Positions 56,331 through 64,000 of a stretch of DNA of 64,000 bases are shown one piece after another (the stretch's first letter is position 1; every line of letters starts with the position of its first letter). This DNA is from the human T2T-CHM13v2.0 reference genome, Homo sapiens, in the NCBI RefSeq assembly GCF_009914755.1, contig NC_060930.1. One strand, given 5' to 3'. The notes beneath the pieces were generated by a model, which saw only the letters and a program-made list of their open reading frames with translations, was not told the DNA's origin and did not search any database. Both the position numbers and the translations under genes were made by a program.

Positions 56331-59300
56331 GAATGAAGACAGCACCCAAAAACGTACACTTCAGTGAACTCTTGCTTCAACATGTTTGTGCTTCAAGATC
56401 TCGCCAAAGTCAAACTAATTTGGCTTTGGAGATTTAGAAAAAGGTGGTGTGGTCTTGCTGGGACCTGATTCGCCAAGCACCAACTCACCGTGTGTTTGTG
56501 GCTGATGCAATGGCTGGAAATAAGAGGCTGTAGAGAACTGAATGCCTGCAGAGTGGAGTCATGGGATGGACTTTATTTGTAGACGGCTGATTAAATTCTG
56601 ACCCAAGTTATCTTGGGATGGCTTTTAAGTGGCCTGTGTGGATGCATTTTGGGCTCAAGCCCAGCTCTTAGAGAACAGGTGTCCACCAAGAATGTTGGCA
56701 CTGGTCTTGGAAGCTTTTGTGGGAGACAAAGCCTGGGATTAATCCAAGGGTCCTTAGATCCCCCACCTTGGGGAAAGGCCCACTGGGCAGTGGTCTCAGA
56801 CCTAAAAGTGGGGACACTGGCTATAAATGGTGGGGTGGAGAAAAACACACAATGATGGTTTCCAAAGCTTGTCAGTTGCCAATGTTTTAGAAAAGTAAAA
56901 TGTAATGGTGAGGAGCTGGGGAGTCAATGCTTCCAATAGTAGTGGTGACACTGAATTTGGTGCTTGTGATGACATGTTGAATATTCAGCTCACCCGTCAA
57001 ACCACATCTCTTGAAGCCTGAAGTCCCAGGGATCAGAGCTGATAAGTCTGAGCAGCTTTCCTGAGTCACTCAGTCCTGGGACCCAGCAGCGAGCACATGT
57101 TTCCCATTGCCTGTCCTGACCCTCACTTCTGTTGGGACCTATACCTGCTTTATCACTGAATGCTGAGATGACATATTTTTCCCATGTTGTAAACACACCA
57201 ACATGTATTTTTCCAGGAGCCTAATTGTAAAGAGCAGTCAGACTTGGAGGAAATGGTTACTAAATTTGTCTGAATCGGAAATGCACCTCCTTTAGTGGAT
57301 ATGAGATGGAACGTCGCAGTTGCTTCCTAAAGGTCTCCTTTTCATCATCCTCCTGACCTTTTATAAAAGAAAGAAGCAAAGAGAAGAATGAAAAATGCAC
57401 GAGTCACTGTTTTACTTCTTTCAACTCCCATCGCTGATGTTGACATGGACCAACAGAGATTTGAAATAAAGCCAGTGTAGCGGGAGGAGTGGTGAACTCC
57501 AGAATTTTGGGACTAATCCCCACCATCAAAGGCTGGGCTGTGTGGTACAAGAAAAGCAGGATGTCAGTGAGAATCCGGCATTGATCTCCCCCGTCTACAA
57601 ACATGAATCAAGACGAAGTTTGCCCCTGCACCCCACCTCACCCTCCCTCTCAACAGGGCCATGCACTTGCTTCTCCTTCCAGAGGAGGGGCGTCCCCGTG
57701 CTGCTGGAAGAAGCACTTGGAACACTTTCTCTTTTGCTTCTCTTTTTTTGGGAGGTTGTTGTTTTTGTGGTTGCCATTGACTTCGAGTGTGGCTGGGGGT
57801 GAGTTGCCCAATAGTTGTGGTACGTCTCAGACACTCTGTCACCCAAATATGGAACTGTGGCAGCAGAAACACCTTATGAAAATAGCATGAAAATGTGTAA
57901 TGTGCCATAAATAAACAGAAAGAGACCGCCAGGAAGCTGTGCTAATCACCGCTTTGATGTCGCCTGAATTACTGTATTTTTTAAGGGCCTCGTGTTTCTG
58001 CTTGTTTGTTGCGACTCAGCTGCCACTGCTCTATGAAAGGTTGGATCCAGTTTTCCAGCTCTTCTCCCCTTTGCAGTGACAGCTGTTGTCCCTTGACTCA
58101 TAGGAAAGCGATTTCTCCACCCTTCCCTGACTCCCAGCCCTTTCCTGGCAGGACTCCTGCGAACCTTACTCTTCGTCCCTGCCCTGAGGTGGCCGAGGGT
58201 GAGGACGGCCGCTTGGCCTGAGTCCATGCGCTCCCAAAGTTCCTGTGTCATTTGCCAGCCGGTCCCAGGACTCTGCAGCAACGTCCTATTTTTAATCTCT
58301 GGTAACCTGGCCTTCTCTTATTTGGCCATGTCATGTCGGGAAATGGAAGTTTGGCTTGACTTATGTAGCAAAGAGCTTGTAGGAGCACAAGCCCCTCGCT
58401 GAGCAGAGCTTGCAGGAAGAAAGCCCCAGATCCTTCAGTTTTGGGTTGCCAGGGCTTTCTGGCTTTGCCTACACCTGGCAGTCACTCAAAAAAAGTCCCA
58501 ATCCTGAATTGCTTCTCATAAGTCTACATGTTCTTAGGTTTGATAAGAGCTCAAGGCTGCTCTCCTTGATTTTAAGATTCTATGATGTCACAAAGCGCAG
58601 GTGAATGCCAGACACTGTTTCCTTTCTGTAACTACCCAGGTAACCACTTGCACAAGTGACCTGTGGGCAGCCCTGGTGCAAGTTCCGTCCATGCCCGGGG
58701 CAATCCCGGCTCCACTGCTGGGTCCAGGAACGCCCTCTTGTGGTTGGAAGAGCTTTGACCGACTTTATTTTTTTTTAAAAAAGAATTACATTATTAAACA
58801 TTTTCTCAATTTTTGTGTTTTATCTAGTCTTGGGAGTGAAAAATGCTAGTTTTTAGTTGAGGATAAGTAGGGGGGAGAGAAATTAGAGGTAGTTTTACCA
58901 TCATCATCATTGCTGTATTCAAGCCCCAGTCCACCGAGCTTGTCCTTCCAGCCTGGACATTGAAGACGTCTCTTTAATGGTCTCTTTGCCTTCTGGATTC
59001 TGTGCCCTCACCTGCGTCAAAATTAAACTAAATTTTCTTGAAACACTTTGTTTGTTTTTGTCCCTGCTTTGTTCAGAAAATGTGAAAAGCTGCCCTCTGG
59101 ATAATTTAAAGGCTGAACCCTTCATAGGCTCTAGGTTCTTCTAGAGTCTTCGTAAACCCAGTTCGTCCTCTCCCAGGAGCGTCTCTGTCCATCTCACCAC
59201 GAGGTCCTCATCGTGGCCCTTTGTGGAGGCTTCCACTTTAATCCCTCGAAGTTTGCAATTCATGTGATTTTGCATCTTTTATCTTATGAAAACAATGATC

Positions 59301-61113
59301 TATCTCCCTATCTAGATGATCGCTCATGGGAAGGGGCCAACTCTTCACTTTTTCTTCCTCTTTGGTTCATATCAACGGCAGCAGCAATGGTGATAATGAT
59401 ACATGTGGCTCTTTCACTACCCACCAGGCACTGGAGAAACTCTGTGTGAGCATCAGTTTACCTAATCTCACAGAACACTGTGGCGTCCACATTATTAGTC
59501 CCATGTGACAGCTGGAGCAGCAGAGGTGTAGACAGGTCGTGGAGGTTGTCCTGGTTGTAAGTGAGTAGGAGAGGAGGCCAGTGCGGCATGCAGGACTGCG
59601 CTCCTGACCGTGTTGTCTGTCTTACAAAAGACCCTGTGATATGAGTTTGTTTCGACAGTCATAATCGCAAACATAACGATGAAACGTTAAAGTTGTCTGC
59701 TTTCAGACACGAATATAGAAAAAGATTTGGAAAAATAAAGCTTATTTAAAAATATTATACATTATTGAATATACAAGAAAATATATGACAAATGCAAATT
59801 AAGATCTATCTCTCTGATGCACTCTCGTGGGTAGATAAATGATCATTACATCTTACGAAGCTGCTGCCTCTGAGTGGCAGAGAGCCCAACCAAAGGGGCT
59901 TCAACAGCAAGGAAACTGGCCACCCTCACTTGGTGGGCTTTGGGATTTACTCAACTGACAGCTCCATCTCCAACAGCATGCGGCGCTCGGGCCCATCTTT
60001 CCACTGGTGGCTGCTGGCGACCTAAGATGTAGGTTTATGAGACCCACGTTTGGGCAGACAATGTTGAGAGGAGGAGCAGACAGTGGCTCGCAGAAGCTCT
60101 TCCAGAGCAGCTGGAAAAGACCTTCTCAGGATTCTCCAGTGGAGCTCACCCTTGTCCCCACCTATCCTCAAGAACCCCGCACAGTCGGGCTTAAATAGGG
60201 ATGTTTAAAGAGGGTTCCCTCAATGGCAGCAACAACTGGGACACTGCTAAAAAGGAGGGAGGGAGGTTTGCGGTACAGGGATGACACTCCTGGCGTGGCA
60301 TGTTAGAACTCAGGGTATGCTTTTGTTTCTTCACTTGTGTTTCTCACTTGGCCTTCTTCACTTGGGATGAATGTACTGTGGGATGGCAAGTTCACATTTC
60401 TCTCTCTGTAAGAGAAAGAGTTGGTATCTCACTTCAGAGGGACTACCAGTGTGTAAGAAGTCAGCCGGAAGCCATGCACGGGGCCCAGCCAGCATCAGCT
60501 CCTTTCTGCCTGTTTCTGACTCCTGACTGCACCCCTCTCCTTCGTCATGGAGCCAGACCATGCCTGTTGAGCACTTGCCCTGTGTCTCTGTTCTAAGTGT
60601 GGGGACACAGTGGCAAGACAGACTGGCCAGGTGCTCACTCTCAGCTCAGCTGTGGAGCTGGGGAGCTCACAGCTCAGAGAGGGAAAAGGGCTGTGGACTA
60701 AAGAACAAAAGGGTCACTATGAATGGTGGTGTTCAGACTTACACATTTCAAGATGGCTCCAGGAGAGCATCAAACCAAGCTCAGGGCCCTTCTGAGTGTG
60801 GGCCTCATGCAGCTGTGTTGACTTTGCACCCGTGGCAACACCTCTGGTCAGGACACCTGTCCAAGGAGGTGACATTTGGATTAGATCATAGTGAGAGCTG
60901 GGATAGAACATTCCAGCAAAGTCCTAGTGGGGTGAGCATCCTGACTTGTGAAGGACCCAGTGAGAAGGGGCAGCTAGGGCAGGTGGTGCAAGTAAGAGCA
61001 GAAGAGGGGGCAGGTGCCTGGGATGGTGGGGGCTTTGGGGTGCTTCCCCAGGTTCAACACCACATGGTTCAGGATGACAGCTGCATGGATTGTATTCTCT
61101 GCTGATGGGGGGC

Positions 61114-61481
61114 TGATATGGTTTGCTGTGTCCCCACCAAATCTCATCTGGAATTGTAGTTCCCATAATCCCCATGTGTCATGGGAGGGACTCTGTGGAA
61201 GGTAATTGAATCATGGGGGCTGTTACCCCCATGCTGCTATTCTCGTGATAGTAAGTCAGTTCTCACGAGATCTGATGGTTTTATAAGGGGCTTTCCTCCC
61301 CTTTGCTCAGCACTTCTCCTTCCCGCCACCATGTGAAGAAAGTTGTGTTTGTTTCCCCTTCAGCCATGATTGTGAGGCCTCCCAGCCATGTGGAACCATG
61401 AATCCTTTAAACCTCTTTTTCTTTATAAATTACCCAGTCTGGGGTATGTCTTTATTAGCAGCATGAGAACTGACTAATACA
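61114..61481 (+). mobile_element. THE1D-like solo LTR
   Basis: tgatatggtttg...gactaataca. Near-TSD ggggc/agggc. Confidence 0.9.
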
Positions 61482-61745
61482 AGGGCTTAAGCAGAGGCGT
61501 GTCCTGATCCAACGTATGTCCCCTAGAAGATCCCTTGGAGCAAAAATGCTTTCTGGGTAGGATGATGACGATTGGTTCAGAGGCTGGTCCAGTTGCTCAG
61601 AAAAAGAATTATCTAGCATAAAACTGAACAAGAGTTTTTATATATACTGAAGAATGTTTCCATACATGGGCTGATATTTATCATATTTATTAAAATATAG
61701 ATTATACCATGGTACTTGCATGGACTTTGCACACCTACGTAAGGT

Positions 61746-62111
61746 TGATATGGTTTGACTGTCCCCACCCAAATCTCATCTTGTACCTCCCATAATTCCC
61801 ACGTGTTGTAGGAGGGACCCAGTGGGAGACGATTGAATCATGGGGGCAGGTCTTTCCCGTGCTGTTCTTGTGATAGTGAATGGGTCTCATGAGATCTGAT
61901 GGTTTTAAAAGTGGGAGTTTCTCTGCAGAAGATCTCTCTTTTTTGCCTGACTCCATCCACCTAAGATGTGACTTGCTCCTCCTTGCCTTCCACCATTGTT
62001 GTGAGGCCTCCCCAGCCATGTGGAACCGTAAGTCCAATTAAACCTCTTTCTTTTGTAAATTGCCCAGTCTCGGATATGTCTTTATCAGCAGCATGAAAAC
62101 AGACTAACACA
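61746..62111 (+). mobile_element. THE1B-like solo LTR
   Basis: tgatatggtttgactgtcccc...gaaaacagactaacaca. TSD aaggt on both sides. Confidence 0.92.
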
Positions 62112-62721
62112 AAGGTTCTATACTGACAAGTGTGTGAAACATGACATTACACAGCTAATGCTTATTTAAATCTGAAAACCAATGGAAATATTCTGTCTCA
62201 GGATAACTCAACTTCATCGAGGTATATCCATCCTGCCTCCTCCAGTTTGACAGGGCCTTGGTTGAATGTCACTTCTGGGTCTGCTTCTCGCCAACTGGGA
62301 CACTGGACCCCAGCTGGTGGATCCTCCCCAGTCCCCATCAATGCCTCCCTCCAGGCAATGCTGTGTTGGTCCTTGTTTCTGGCAAGACCTCTCACCACAA
62401 AAGTACTGAAGCTCCACCCAAGACTGGAGCTATTTTTGTGTGTTTTTCTTCCCCCAAGCGGTGTGCCTCTGGGGTGCCAGGGACTGTGCATGCGTGCTTA
62501 GGTGTCTAGGGAGGGTGCTTGCCATTCCCTGGGCCCTCCCCTCTGTGCATTTTGGCCAATGAAAGAACAAAGGAGCAGCAGCCAGTTACAGGAAGGAATG
62601 TGGATTTTGACCTGATCCTAGGGTCAGGTCCCGCGTCTGCAGACTTCTTGCTGTTTGATCTTAATCTCTCTACATCTCAGGCTCACCATTTGTAAATGGG
62701 GAGATAACAGTGGCTCCTCTG

Positions 62722-62920
62722 CATATTAATCTGCCAAGGCTGTCATGACAAGTTCCACAGCCTAGTGGCTTAAACAACAGAAATTAATTTTCTCACAGTC
62801 CTGGAGGCTGTAAGTCCAAGATCCAAGTGTCAGCAGGGCTGGTTTCCTCCACGGCCTCTCTGTTTGCCTGCAGGTGGCTTCACGTGGTCCTTCCTCTGTA
62901 CATGTCTGATTTCCTCTTCT
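62722..62920 (-). mobile_element. MLT1 fragment
   Basis: gtggcttaaacaacagaaattaattttctcacagtcctggaggctg. Confidence 0.75.
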
Positions 62921-63192
62921 TGGGTTTCATCCCCACTGCCCCTCCACTGGGTAACTTTGTGCCATGAATGAGCGTGCAGGCCTCCTACTTATTTTTGCCA
63001 AATGTAGAAATGAGAAACTGGAAGAGTCCTTGGAGTCCAGGGGAAAAACAGAGGGTTTTTCCATTCTGACAACATTGCTTCCTCCCACCGTGGAGGACAT
63101 GTTGGGATGGTTTAGGTGATAAAAGAACTAGTAATGGAAGAACTGGTTATACCTTCAAGTAGAATTGAAATTTAACCTTTATAAAGAGTATT

Positions 63193-63340
63193 TGTGAGGC
63201 AGGAGGATTGCTTGAGTCTGGGAGTTTGAGGCTGCAGTGAGCTATGATCATGCTCCATCGTGGGCAATAGATCATGATCATACTCCATCGTGGGCAATAG
63301 AGTGAGACTCTGTCTGTAAGAAATAAAAAATAAAATGAAA
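63193..63340 (+). mobile_element. FLAM/AluJ monomer with an internal ~30-bp tandem duplication
   Basis: gaggcaggaggattgcttgag...gagctatgatc. The segment atgatcat.ctccatcgtgggcaatag occurs twice. Confidence 0.8.
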
Positions 63341-63811
63341 AAGATGAGTATTTGAAATTGATCACCTTCTTTAGAAATGAAGAGTGATTCTTTAGTTGAC
63401 AGAGATTTATTAAGTCCTAATATTCAAGGCACTGGAGAGCCCAAAACAAAACAGAAAACAAAATCCCTGCCTTCTTGGAGCTTTGACTGGGGGAGAGAGA
63501 TCATCAATAAATAAAAAACGCAGTGTGCCAAATGGTGGTGAGTGCTAGGCAGGAGGATGAGGTGGGAGGATGGGGATGGGGTGGTGGCTTTATTGAATAG
63601 GACGGTCCTGGGGGCCTTTCCAGGGTCTCCATGGAGACTGGGGGTTAGGGCAAGCTACTTGGATATTTCCAACGAGAGATTCCGGGCAGCCCAAAGGGCA
63701 GCAGTGGCCACAGACACAGCTTAGTCAGATGTAAATTGCTTCTGCTTCTGGATTAAACCTTACGTGTTTATTTATATCTGTGACAAGTAACAAAGAAGTA
63801 AATTTCTTTTA

Positions 63812-64000
63812 CAGGTTTAGTATCCCTTGTCTGAAATGCTGGGGACGAGAAGTATTTCAGGTTTTGATTTATTTTTTAATCTTGGAATATCTGCCTTATT
63901 CTTGCCAGTTGAGCATTCCTAATCTGAAAATATGAAATCCAAAATGCTCTTTTGAGCATGACCTTTGAGTGTCATGTTGGTGCTCAAAAAGTTTGGGATT
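63812..64000. mobile_element. Tigger4a/MER46-type DNA transposon, runs off the window end
   Basis: ta|caggtttagtatccct...gagcattcctaatctgaaaat...aaatccaaaatgctc. Confidence 0.8.

Noticed and set aside
61114-62111. Two same-orientation THE1 LTRs as a deleted provirus
   Set aside because: Each LTR has its own TSD and they appear to be different subfamilies, so they are independent solo LTRs.

Overview
Primate (most likely human) genomic DNA. The window is repeat-dominated (old L1M, L2, MIR, Alu, THE1/MST/MLT solo LTRs, Tigger/MADE/MER DNA transposon fossils), with no protein-coding gene I can recognise and no locus I can name. The supplied long ORFs come from a 21-bp VNTR, Alus or L1s. Unique sequence holds several weak candidate lncRNA-type exons and promoter/enhancer-like CpG patches (about 33.9-35.1 kb, 48.5 kb and 55 kb). 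I found no new coding system. The most notable sequence-level structures are: (1) a tailless tRNA-Cys 5'-half retrocopy with a perfect 13-bp TSD (37617-37685); (2) a possible Alu-mediated 3' transduction (45404-45890); (3) a 37-bp VNTR bracketed by 29-bp inverted repeats plus a hairpin (25189-26221); (4) a ~200-bp local templated duplication inside an L1; (5) small fold-back and inverted-triplication scars; (6) a twin-priming-like inversion in an old L1. Repeat subfamily names are from recalled consensus sequences and boundaries without TSDs are approximate; all need RepeatMasker/Dfam confirmation.
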